Assembly (NCBI GenBank): GCA_018303825.1
Contig: JAGVXK010000007.1
Span: forward strand, 10,094-74,093
Origin: Candidatus Pacearchaeota archaeon
Lineage (GTDB): Archaea; Nanobdellota; Nanobdellia; Pacearchaeales; GW2011-AR1
Reading direction: 5' to 3'
DNA length: 64,000 nucleotides
Program-made: the position numbers and the translations under genes
Shown: one piece after another, positions 17,466-26,943 of the stretch
How the letters are laid out: the number at the start of each line of letters is the position of its first letter
Numbering within the stretch: the stretch's first letter is position 1
Notes under the pieces: generated by a model
What the model saw: the letters and a program-made list of their open reading frames with translations, nothing else
What the model was told of the DNA's origin: nothing
Database searches by the model: none

Positions 17466-20400
17466 TTTATAATTTATCAAATGGTAAAAATGCAAGAATT
17501 AATTATGTAAATAGATTTTTAATTATAACGATTTTTGTGCTCTCAACTTTACTTGTTATCCAGTCATTTATGACGAGTGCTTCAACTCCCGGGAATATTG
17601 ATTCATGCCAAACATTGGATACTTCAGGGGCCTATACATTAACGAGAAACATCAATTCTACCGCAACCTGTTTCAATGTTACTGCAAATAATATTGTTGT
17701 TGATTGCGGAGGTTTTAACATAACTGGAATGAACAGTGGTTTTGCTTTTAATACATCAAATGCTACCAGACAAGCCTATACTAATTTGACTATTCAAAAT
17801 TGCACGATTAGTAATTATACCACGAGCATTTATATGGTGGGAGGTGCAGGGACTGCAACACCTGTTCGAGGAGGCAATGGGGGAAATGTCACAGTTATCA
17901 ATTCAAATCTCAGCGGGAACATAGTGACTAATGGTGGAGACGTTGGAGCTTGCGCAACCATTGGCAGCTGTTCTGGTGGAAATGGCGGAAATATCACTCT
18001 TATAGGATCTAATGCAAGTATGCTGAATTCAACAGGGGGAAGTAATGCGGTTTTTGGCAATAGTAATGCTAAAGGCGGCGCAATCGCGATAACTAGTTCA
18101 AATGTTGGAGGGATATATTCTCGCGGAGGGTATGCAGTAGTTGGACCAAGCGGGAATGCAGGAAATGTGACTGCAATAAACTCTGTAATTAATGGAGATA
18201 TATATGCGGATGGCGGAGCGCAGGAACAGCAGGGGATAGATCCAGGCGCAAGTGGAAATGTTAATTTAACATCATCCAGCGCTAGAGATATTGTTAATTA
18301 TGGATCAAGACTACTGCTTCTAATCTCCAGCGGAGGAAGTACTACTATGGGTGGGGCAAATGTTTATCTTACTAATTCAAATGTAACTTCTATTAACAAC
18401 AGTGGAACAGATGCACCTATTCTTCCCAGTAATGCGGGGACTATCGTATTAATTAATTCGAATGTAACCGAAATAACTTCAAAGGGAGGAGACAATAGCC
18501 AATCATCTTGGGGGCAATGTTTAACCGCAGGTAATGGAGGAACAATTACCTCGACAAATTCAACTGTTGCAAGAATAAATGCTCGTGGAGGAAATAAATT
18601 CGGCTGTGCTACGAATTTAGATTCTGGAGATGCTGCTGGAACTGGAGGGAATGTTCATCTGATTAATGCTACCTTGAATATCAGTAATATGGTTTTCAAT
18701 TTGGTAGGGGGCCAGGGTGGAGGTGCTTCTCCTATTAATGGAACTGCTGGATTGTTAATATTAAATTACACAAATCTTTTTGTTGATAATAATGCTAGTT
18801 ATGGCACCGTTATAAAATTAAAAATAACAAATTCTAGTGCAGGAATGATTGATTGGAGCGCAAATAATTTCACATCAACCAATCTAAAAAATATCTCTCT
18901 TGACATAAGAATATCTAATAACTTTGTTTATTTGAATTCAACAAGACAAAGTATGCTTAATATTACGGCTAATGTGAGTTTGTTCAATAGCCCCGGCGCG
19001 GGAAGACTTAATCTAAGAATAAACAGAGATGGAATCCAATGCAATGAAACAACTGTTCCTCCTTGCTCAAATTATACACTATTAAATGCAAGCACAGTCA
19101 TATTTAATGTTGCCAGCTGGACTAACTATACTATTGACGGAGTTAGCAGGATAATGCCTGAGTTCACCGGTTTAACTCCTGTTAATTATGCCAATCTTAG
19201 CCAGAATTGGCTGTTTGTTAACGTGACTTTATTGTATATTATAAACCAAACTAATGTAACATTCTTTTTGTATAATTCTTCCGAAGTTAATGTTACAAAT
19301 TTCTCAACAATAGTTAATACTATAAATTGGACGAATCTAAAGGATGGAAATTATAGTTACAATGTCAGTATATGCGATTTTAGCGCGGGGTGCAATTCTA
19401 CTGTTACAAGAGTTGTTACTTTGGATACTGCTTTGCCAAATGGAACTCTTTTAAGCCCTGTTAATGGGACTGCTTCAAATAATACTATCCAAAACTTTAC
19501 TTTGAATGCAACAGATAATCTTGGAATTAAAAATGTAACTTTGAATATTGTCAACGCTTCTAATATCGCACAGATAATCAACCAAACAACAACAAATATT
19601 GTCTCCGGAACTGTTAATACTGTTGTTGGAACTGTCGTAACATTGATTGATGGAATGTATAAGTGGTTTTATGATGTATTCGATTGGGCAGGAAATAAGT
19701 TTGCTACTAATAACAGGACAATTACGATTGACAGGGTTAATACAATTGTAGTTAATGTTACTTTCTCTATTAATACAACCGACAGCATAGATCCTGATAA
19801 AAATCTTACATTTAATGTCAGTGTTGACGACTTGCTTTCCGGCGTCAATACTGTTATTTTGCAGGTAAATAATGGGACTACTTGGACAAATTATACAATG
19901 GGATTAATTGATTCAACAAGAAAGATATACAGTGCGAATATAACACTTGTGCATAATCAGGAAAATTATACATATAATGTTTTGGCTAATGATACTGCTG
20001 GAAATGTAAATCAAACAATAAACCAGACTCTTGAAAGTAAGTGGGATTGCACTTGGGAAGTTGCTCCATTGGGTTTGGGTTCTGTTGGAGGATTCTTTAG
20101 GGAGAAAGAACTTGGAAATATAAGTTTGATTAATACAGGAGATGCACATTACCCTACAGATAATTGCTCAATAGTATTTGCCAGAAATTATACTGGTGGT
20201 CCCTGGCAGAAAACAACCGGTTTAAATTTAAGTGATATTTACACCAGCATTCTTGAAGAAAACTTTCCTAATAGTGTAAAAGGATTAAAGTATTATGATA
20301 ACGGAACGGAAATTACTAAAATAAGAGTTAATGCCAGCGAGAATAGGACTCTTACAGTTAATGGAATGTTTCCAAGTTATACTTCTGTTCTTACAGAGCA

Positions 20401-21379
20401 TATTTTCTTTCCAATTTACGCTTCTATTAATGACAGCATAGGAAATGACCAAAATGTTACTATAACTTCTATAATGGTTGTGACCCCTGGGGCTTATCTT
20501 CAAACAGCGATAGAAGCTCCAACAAGCAATCAGATTGTTTATCTTACTCCTGGAACCTTGAATCTAAGCGCTTATGTTAAAGACGTTGTTGCAACAGCAG
20601 ATAATGTCAACAATACGGCATATAATGTTTCATTTAATTGGACATTGCCGGATGTTTTAAGGGGAAAAGTAATTTCCGGCAACCTGACTAATAATTACAC
20701 TAATTTTACAGATACAACAAAGTATTACAATAATCTTACAGTTGAATTTACTTCTGCAAATCTTGTAGATTTGACCCAGGGAGTTCTAACATTAAATGTT
20801 TATGCATATGGTTATGAGAATTCGACTCAGAGTTTGCAATTGATTTCTCATTTCAATAGCACCACAGTATTATCAGATAGTGTAAATATTTCGTTGCAAT
20901 GCTATAATATCAGCGATAGTGTTGCCGTGACAAGTTGTGGAAGTTTTGACCCTGATAATCCTGCTTCAACGACAACAGTTACAACAAGCTCTGCAAGCTC
21001 TGGTGGTGGTGGTGGCGGAGGTGCAATAGAAAGCAGGGCAGACTATACTTTTATAAGAGGAAAGACATCTGAAATAGCAATTCTATTCAAGAACAGGAAT
21101 CCAAACCAGACGATGACTAATCTTAAGTTCAGCGTTAGCGGAAACATTGCAAAATACATGGAAGTTCAGCCTTCTAATCTGGCAAGTCTTGGTCCAGGAC
21201 AGGAAACAGCAATAAAATTAATTGTTACAAGCCCGACTTATATTAAATTAGGAAGGCAGGAAATTATCTTGGTTATCTCCGGGCAATATCCTGGAACAGG
21301 ATATAACGAAAACAAAAAGATAGTATTGCAGGTAGTTGAAATAAGCGAAGATGACGCTAATAAGCTTGTTGAGAAATAA
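17462..21379 (+). CDS. Giant exported surface glycoprotein (beta-helix-like N-terminus, Gly-rich repeats, Ig-like domains)
   Basis: Signal/TM near N-terminus; C..L.TSG.YTLT.NI...TCF..A.NI.VDC.G pattern; GGNGG repeats; very many N-x-S/T sequons; Ser/Thr plus Gly7 linker near the end. Confidence 0.88.
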   Translation: MIYNLSNGKNARINYVNRFLIITIFVLSTLLVIQSFMTSASTPGNIDSCQTLDTSGAYTLTRNINSTATCFNVTANNIVVDCGGFNITGMNSGFAFNTSNATRQAYTNLTIQNCTISNYTTSIYMVGGAGTATPVRGGNGGNVTVINSNLSGNIVTNGGDVGACATIGSCSGGNGGNITLIGSNASMLNSTGGSNAVFGNSNAKGGAIAITSSNVGGIYSRGGYAVVGPSGNAGNVTAINSVINGDIYADGGAQEQQGIDPGASGNVNLTSSSARDIVNYGSRLLLLISSGGSTTMGGANVYLTNSNVTSINNSGTDAPILPSNAGTIVLINSNVTEITSKGGDNSQSSWGQCLTAGNGGTITSTNSTVARINARGGNKFGCATNLDSGDAAGTGGNVHLINATLNISNMVFNLVGGQGGGASPINGTAGLLILNYTNLFVDNNASYGTVIKLKITNSSAGMIDWSANNFTSTNLKNISLDIRISNNFVYLNSTRQSMLNITANVSLFNSPGAGRLNLRINRDGIQCNETTVPPCSNYTLLNASTVIFNVASWTNYTIDGVSRIMPEFTGLTPVNYANLSQNWLFVNVTLLYIINQTNVTFFLYNSSEVNVTNFSTIVNTINWTNLKDGNYSYNVSICDFSAGCNSTVTRVVTLDTALPNGTLLSPVNGTASNNTIQNFTLNATDNLGIKNVTLNIVNASNIAQIINQTTTNIVSGTVNTVVGTVVTLIDGMYKWFYDVFDWAGNKFATNNRTITIDRVNTIVVNVTFSINTTDSIDPDKNLTFNVSVDDLLSGVNTVILQVNNGTTWTNYTMGLIDSTRKIYSANITLVHNQENYTYNVLANDTAGNVNQTINQTLESKWDCTWEVAPLGLGSVGGFFREKELGNISLINTGDAHYPTDNCSIVFARNYTGGPWQKTTGLNLSDIYTSILEENFPNSVKGLKYYDNGTEITKIRVNASENRTLTVNGMFPSYTSVLTEHIFFPIYASINDSIGNDQNVTITSIMVVTPGAYLQTAIEAPTSNQIVYLTPGTLNLSAYVKDVVATADNVNNTAYNVSFNWTLPDVLRGKVISGNLTNNYTNFTDTTKYYNNLTVEFTSANLVDLTQGVLTLNVYAYGYENSTQSLQLISHFNSTTVLSDSVNISLQCYNISDSVAVTSCGSFDPDNPASTTTVTTSSASSGGGGGGGAIESRADYTFIRGKTSEIAILFKNRNPNQTMTNLKFSVSGNIAKYMEVQPSNLASLGPGQETAIKLIVTSPTYIKLGRQEIILVISGQYPGTGYNENKKIVLQVVEISEDDANKLVEK

Positions 21380-21390
21380 ATGGAGTTAAT

Positions 21391-22242
21391 TTGACAAGTA
21401 GTTATCTAAATAGGTTATTGAGTGATTCAGAGAAAGCATTAGCTAATAAAAAATATGAAATAATTGTTGATAATGATAAGATAATTGAAGAACAGGTTGG
21501 AAAGGCTCTTGATGTTTATAAAGTTATAAATGAATTGGTTGATTTATTTAAAGATGCAAATGTTAAAGGGATTAATACTGATGGCAGTAGCCGACTTGTC
21601 AAGTTGGCAGAACTAAGTTTAAGCAGAGGAGATTATCTAGAAGCATATGCGAGAGCAAAAGAAGCACAGGTTACATATGCTCTCGAGGTCAAGGGAGAAA
21701 TTGGGAAATTAAGTTATTATTTTCGAAATAATCCTAAAGAAATTTCTCTTGCAATCTTATTTTTGGCAATATTTAGTTTTGCTAGCTATAGAGTTGGAAG
21801 ATTGCAGTTAATTAGGCGCAGGATAAACATGCTTAGAGAAGAAGAGATCATAATCAATCAGCTTATAAGACTTGCTCAGGAAGAGACATTTATCAAAAAG
21901 AGGATGGACATGGAGGAGTATAACCAAACAGTGTTGCATTATCAGGATAGGCTCGCCCAGGTTGTCGAGTTATTGATAGATTTGACTAACGAAGAGATTT
22001 ATGCTTTGACTTTTGTACCAAGGAAGAGAAGGCTTATCGACGAAAGAAAGCATCTAATTGAATCGATAAAGCAATTGCAGATTGATTACCTAAAGAAAGG
22101 AATTGTCGAAACTCACGTGTTCGAATTAAAGATGAGAAGTTATGAAAAGAGAATTGGGGAAATAGATTCTCAAATAGCAGAGGAAGAGGCAAAGAAGGCC
22201 TTGAAAAATATAAGTATCTTTGATGCATTAAGAAGCAAATAA
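21391..22242 (+). CDS. Coiled-coil protein with one TM helix; probably the frameshifted C-terminus of the giant surface protein
   Basis: TTG start; frame open back to 21373 (EINGVNLTSSYL) and overlaps the end of the upstream ORF; TM ISLAILFLAIFSFASY. Confidence 0.75.
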   Translation: MTSSYLNRLLSDSEKALANKKYEIIVDNDKIIEEQVGKALDVYKVINELVDLFKDANVKGINTDGSSRLVKLAELSLSRGDYLEAYARAKEAQVTYALEVKGEIGKLSYYFRNNPKEISLAILFLAIFSFASYRVGRLQLIRRRINMLREEEIIINQLIRLAQEETFIKKRMDMEEYNQTVLHYQDRLAQVVELLIDLTNEEIYALTFVPRKRRLIDERKHLIESIKQLQIDYLKKGIVETHVFELKMRSYEKRIGEIDSQIAEEEAKKALKNISIFDALRSK

Positions 22243-22317
22243 AAAATGAATGGGAAGCAATTTTGGCATGTATAATAAATTAACAAGCTTTTTATAGCCT
22301 CTTCTTGTTTTTCTTTC

Positions 22318-23358
22318 ATGTTAAATGATAGGCAAATGAGCGAAATAAAGGAACATTTGGAAAAGGCCCAGAATCCTTTATTTTATTATGATAATGATGC
22401 AGACGGGCTTTGCAGTTTCCTGCTTTTGCGAAGATTTCTTAATAGGGGAAAAGGGGTGGCAATAAGAAGTTATCCTGATTTGAATAAAGAATATGTAAGA
22501 AAGGCTCGTGAATTGAATGCTGATTATGTTTTTATTCTTGATAAGCCCGTAGTTTCAGGGGAATTTATTTCTGAGATAACTAATATGGGGATTCCAATGG
22601 TTTGGATAGATCATCATGATATGGAAAATGGAATCAAGAGGAGGGATAATATCTATATATACAATACTGCTGAAGACAATGGTTATGAGCCTGTTAGTTA
22701 CATATCCTATAAATTGACTCGGAAAAAAGAAGATTTATGGATTGCTTTAATGGGCTGCATATCAGATCATTATCTTCCTGATTTTGCTGATGATTTTGCA
22801 AAAGAATATCCCGAGCTTTGGAATAGAAATGTAAAAAAACCTTTTGATGCTTATTTTAAAACAGAAATAGGAAAAATTGCGCTTGCACTTAATTTTGGAC
22901 TGATGGATTCTACTACAAATATAGTCAAACTGCAGAATTATTTGATAAATTGCAAGGGACCGGGAGAAGTTTTAGAAGAAAGGAGAGAAAATAAAGCATT
23001 TAGGGAAAAATGTGACGAAATAAAGAAAAAATATGACTCTTTAGTTGAAAAAGCAAAGGAAAATATTGAAAAAAGAATGATTTTCTTCGAATATGGGGGA
23101 GATTTAAGTATCAGCTCTGAAATTGCCAATGAATTGTATTATGATTATTCTGAAAAATACATTATAGTTGCGTTTAAGAAAGGAGTTGTCTGCAATCTTT
23201 CTTTAAGAGGAAAGAATGTTAAAACTATTCTGGAGAAAGTATTAAAAAGCCTTGAAAACGCGACTGGTGGCGGGCATAGTGATGCTGTCGGCGCAAGAAT
23301 AAGGCTCGCAGATTTGGGAAAATTCAAGGAATTAATTAGCGGGGAAATAGAAAAATAA
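22318..23358 (+). CDS. DHH-family phosphoesterase
   Basis: YDNDADG, FILD, WIDHH and C-terminal SLRG..GGGHSDAVG (DHHA1). Confidence 0.92.
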   Translation: MLNDRQMSEIKEHLEKAQNPLFYYDNDADGLCSFLLLRRFLNRGKGVAIRSYPDLNKEYVRKARELNADYVFILDKPVVSGEFISEITNMGIPMVWIDHHDMENGIKRRDNIYIYNTAEDNGYEPVSYISYKLTRKKEDLWIALMGCISDHYLPDFADDFAKEYPELWNRNVKKPFDAYFKTEIGKIALALNFGLMDSTTNIVKLQNYLINCKGPGEVLEERRENKAFREKCDEIKKKYDSLVEKAKENIEKRMIFFEYGGDLSISSEIANELYYDYSEKYIIVAFKKGVVCNLSLRGKNVKTILEKVLKSLENATGGGHSDAVGARIRLADLGKFKELISGEIEK

Positions 23359-23368
23359 GGCTTAATAA

Positions 23369-23399
23369 TAGGCTTTAGAAAAGCCTAGGAAAGTAAGGT
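23369..23399 (+). promoter_or_regulatory. Palindromic leader element (site C)
   Basis: TAGGCTTT-AGA-AAAGCCTA-GGAAAGTAAGGT, 28/31 identical to site B, upstream of the acylphosphatase-uppS gene. Confidence 0.7.
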
Positions 23400-23483
23400 C
23401 GCTAAAGCGAAAAGAAAAAGACCTTAATGAAGTTAAGGTTCACTATGGTGAAAAGAAAAATCATAGGAGGCATAGGAAATAAG

Positions 23484-24521
23484 ATGACAAAAATAGAAGA
23501 ATTAGAAGTTGAATTGAAAGGAAGAGTCCAGGGAGTGAATTTTAGATGGATGACTAAAAGATTTGCAGACAAATTAGGATTGAAAGGATATGTAATGAAT
23601 AAGGAAGATGGAAGTGTTTTTTTAACAGTGCAGGGAAAGAGAGAAGATATCAATAAAATTATTTTATGGGTGCAGAAAAATCCGGGGTTTTCCAAAGTAT
23701 GGGGGTTGAGCTATAATTGGAAGAAACCAACAATAGATTATAATGAATTCACCATAGTAAAGGACAAGAGTTTTGTTGTTGATAAAGCTAAAAGTATGGT
23801 TAATCTGGGAAGATTTTTTGCTGGAAAATATATAGAGAAAATCCCAATTCATGTCGCAATAATTCCAGATGGGAACAGAAGATGGGCCAAGGAAAAAGGA
23901 CTTTTTTCCAGTTTAGGGCATTACAAAGCAGGAAATTATGATAATTTAGAATTATTATTTAAGGAAGCAAAAGATATGGGAGTAATGTATATGTCGCTTT
24001 GGGGATTTTCAACAGAGAATTGGAAGAGGGATAAGAAAGAGATAAGTGCTATTTTCAATTTGATATTGAAGGGGGTTGATAAGTTTAGAAGAGATGGGGA
24101 GAAAAATAAGATTAGGTTTAGGCATATTGGAAGAAAAGACAGAATTCCGGAAAGGCTTAGGATTGAACTTGCCAAATTAGAGAAGGAAACTGCAAAGTAT
24201 GACAAATTTAATGTACAACTGTGCTTAGATTATGGCGGACGAGATGAGATAATTAGGGCTGTGAATAAGATGATAAGAAGCGGTGTTAAAAAAATTGACG
24301 AAAAAATTTTCGCGGATTATCTGGATACAAAAGGAATTCCAGACCCTGATTTAGTTATAAGAACCTCTAGGGAATACAGAACATCAGGATTAATGCCATA
24401 CCAAGCCAGATATGCAGAGCTTTATTTTTCTAATGTTTATTTTCCTGACTTTGATGCGAAAGAGTTAAGAAAAGCAATAAATGAGTATTCCAAAAGACAG
24501 AGAAGATTTGGGGGAAGTTAA
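23484..24521 (+). CDS. uppS: Acylphosphatase - cis-prenyltransferase (UppS) fusion (start 23484 likely; 23427 or 23445 possible)
   Basis: N-terminal GRVQGVNFR..GYVMN..DGSV (AcyP with catalytic Arg and Asn); then HVAIIPDGNRRWA, FSTENWKR, PDLVIRTS. Confidence 0.92.
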   Translation: MTKIEELEVELKGRVQGVNFRWMTKRFADKLGLKGYVMNKEDGSVFLTVQGKREDINKIILWVQKNPGFSKVWGLSYNWKKPTIDYNEFTIVKDKSFVVDKAKSMVNLGRFFAGKYIEKIPIHVAIIPDGNRRWAKEKGLFSSLGHYKAGNYDNLELLFKEAKDMGVMYMSLWGFSTENWKRDKKEISAIFNLILKGVDKFRRDGEKNKIRFRHIGRKDRIPERLRIELAKLEKETAKYDKFNVQLCLDYGGRDEIIRAVNKMIRSGVKKIDEKIFADYLDTKGIPDPDLVIRTSREYRTSGLMPYQARYAELYFSNVYFPDFDAKELRKAINEYSKRQRRFGGS

Positions 24522-25508
24522 ATGGAAAAAAATGAAAAAATTGCAAGAGATAATTTACTTAGAGGTTCAGAGGAAATAAAAGGAACAAAGATAAAGGGAT
24601 ATAATTTTGACAAGGGGGTAAACTGGGAGGAAATAGTTAAAAGTTTTAAAAATTTTGGATTCCAGGCAAGCCAATTTTCAAAGGCAATTGAAATTACTAA
24701 CAAAATGATAAATGAAAAAGCATTCATTTTTCTTGGATATACTTCAAATATGGTAAGTTCGGGGAACAGAGAAATTATAAGATATCTTACTGAGAAAAAG
24801 AAAGTGAATGTTCTTGTAACGACTGCTGGGGGGGTAGAAGAAGATATCATAAAATGCCTCAGAGATTTTGTTCTCGGGGATTTCAGAGCAAATGGCAAGG
24901 AATTAAGGGAAAAAGGAATAAACAGGATAGGAAATATCTTTGTCTCTAATAATAGATATATAGAATTTGAAGAATTTACACAAAAGATTCTGGAAGAGTT
25001 TTATCAGGAGCAGAAAAAAACTGGCAAAATCATAACATCCAGTGAATTAATCTGGAAACTCGGTGAAAAGATAAACAATAAGGAAAGCATTTATTATTGG
25101 GCTTGGAAAAACAAGATAAAGGTTTATTGTCCGGCTATACAAGACGGGGCATTAGGAGATAACATATACTTTTTCTCGTTCAAACATCCAGATTTCAAGA
25201 TTGATATTGTTAAGGATGTGGTTGAATTTAATAATATCACAATTGGCTTAAAAAAGAGCGGGGTTATAATTCTTGGTTCTGGAATAGTGAAGCATTCCAT
25301 TTTGAATGCGAATATGCTAAGGAATGGGACAGATTATGCTGTTTATATTAACACTGCAGAGGAATTTGATGGTTCTGATTCAGGGGCTTTGCCTGATGAG
25401 GCTGTTTCATGGGGCAAAATAGAGAAAAATGCGGAAAGCGTGAAAGTATTCGGGGACGCGACAATACTATTTCCTATTTTAGTTGCAGAGAGTTTTGCCG
25501 GGAACTAA
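24522..25508 (+). CDS. dys: Deoxyhypusine synthase
   Basis: GYTSNMVSSG, TTAGGVEED, DGALGD, DGSDSGALPDEAVSWGK. Confidence 0.96.
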   Translation: MEKNEKIARDNLLRGSEEIKGTKIKGYNFDKGVNWEEIVKSFKNFGFQASQFSKAIEITNKMINEKAFIFLGYTSNMVSSGNREIIRYLTEKKKVNVLVTTAGGVEEDIIKCLRDFVLGDFRANGKELREKGINRIGNIFVSNNRYIEFEEFTQKILEEFYQEQKKTGKIITSSELIWKLGEKINNKESIYYWAWKNKIKVYCPAIQDGALGDNIYFFSFKHPDFKIDIVKDVVEFNNITIGLKKSGVIILGSGIVKHSILNANMLRNGTDYAVYINTAEEFDGSDSGALPDEAVSWGKIEKNAESVKVFGDATILFPILVAESFAGN

Positions 25509-25628
25509 TGGGAAGTTTTCACTCCCGTAGCTAATTTAAATATGTTTCTATAAAAATAGAAAGATTTATAAATAACTCCTCTCTAATACAGAAAGAGGAC
25601 AGATGAGAAATTAAGAGAAATTGACAAG

Positions 25629-26222
25629 ATGAAACAAACAGAATTAGTTTACAGAGAGATATTGCATAGAGCAATTGAAAGAAAGGAATTTAGTTTGACA
25701 CAATCAGAGATATCAAAGAAATTAGGCATCTCATTAAGTATTATAAATTTGGCTGTTAAAAAATTGGAATCGATTGGAGCAATAAGAATAATGCAAAGAA
25801 GTTTTAGGATTATTGATGTAAAAAAAGCAATATATTATTGGGCATCTGCAAGAAATTTTGAAAAAGACATTATATTTAGGGCAAGAATAGAAATTCCAGT
25901 AAGAGAGATAGAGAAAAACATGCCTAATATCATATTTACGGGATATTCTGCATACAAGTTGTTATTTAATGATGTTCCAGCAGATTATTCAGAGATTTAT
26001 GTTTATGCTGATGAGCAGGAATTGGAAGTAATCAAAAAAAGATTTAAAGAGTTTGAAGAAGAAAGCAAGAATTCTAATTTAATAGTGTTAAAAAAAGACA
26101 AGTTAATGGAAAGCTACGCTAGAATAACCATTGCGCAGATTTTTGTTGATTTATGGAATATGAAAGAATGGTATGCTAAGGAATTTATTAATTCCTTTGA
26201 AAAAAAATTAAAATTGGTTTGA
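25629..26222 (+). CDS. Winged-helix protein with AbiEi-like C-terminus (type IV TA antitoxin-like)
   Basis: TQSEISKKLGISLSIINLAVKKL HTH; FTGYSAY and AQIFVDLWN motifs; directly upstream of a nucleotidyltransferase. Confidence 0.7.
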   Translation: MKQTELVYREILHRAIERKEFSLTQSEISKKLGISLSIINLAVKKLESIGAIRIMQRSFRIIDVKKAIYYWASARNFEKDIIFRARIEIPVREIEKNMPNIIFTGYSAYKLLFNDVPADYSEIYVYADEQELEVIKKRFKEFEEESKNSNLIVLKKDKLMESYARITIAQIFVDLWNMKEWYAKEFINSFEKKLKLV

Positions 26223-26226
26223 TAAA

Positions 26227-26841
26227 ATGGAATACTGGAACTCAATACTTACTGAAAAAAGCTGGAATTTATTGCAGGAGATTAGGAAGAAATATAATTT
26301 TGTTTTAATAGGCGGGTGGGCAACTTATTTGTGGGTGGGGATGCAGAAATCAAAAGACATCGATATTGTTGTCGATATAAATGAACTGCAAAAATTAAAG
26401 CAGGAAAATCTTGTTAAAAATGACAATCTTAAGAAGTATGAGATAAAAAAAGAGGAAATCGATATTGATGTTTATGCTTTTCACTATTCTAAATTGACAA
26501 TTCCAACAGAAGACATAAGGATTTATTCAACGAAAATAGAAGGTTTTGATGTTGTTATCCCAGAGGTCTTGCTAATTTTAAAGCAAGGAGCCGAATTAAA
26601 TAGGAGAAATTCAATAAAGGGGGAAAAAGATAGAATAGATATTGTCTCTTTGTTATTTTTTAGCAAAATTGATTTTAATAAATATTTTTCAATATTGAAA
26701 AAATATAAACTCGAAGATTATTTGAATGAATTGATAAAACTGCTAAAGGAGTTTAAGGATTATAACTCTTTGAATTTGAATCCAAGAGAATTTAAGTTGA
26801 AAAGGCAGGAAATTATGAATAAGTTGAAAATAGTTAAGTAA
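26227..26841 (+). CDS. Nucleotidyltransferase (AbiEii-like, type IV TA toxin-like)
   Basis: FVLIGGWATY..SKDIDIV, IDIDVY, LLILK..A..KD.ID motifs. Confidence 0.75.
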   Translation: MEYWNSILTEKSWNLLQEIRKKYNFVLIGGWATYLWVGMQKSKDIDIVVDINELQKLKQENLVKNDNLKKYEIKKEEIDIDVYAFHYSKLTIPTEDIRIYSTKIEGFDVVIPEVLLILKQGAELNRRNSIKGEKDRIDIVSLLFFSKIDFNKYFSILKKYKLEDYLNELIKLLKEFKDYNSLNLNPREFKLKRQEIMNKLKIVK

Positions 26842-26943
26842 TTTTGCTATGTTTTAATATGCAATTATTTTATTCTCTATTTTAGTTGCGGGGAGTTTAC
26901 AAACAAGAATAATATTTATATACCCTTTATTGCTAATAGGAAT

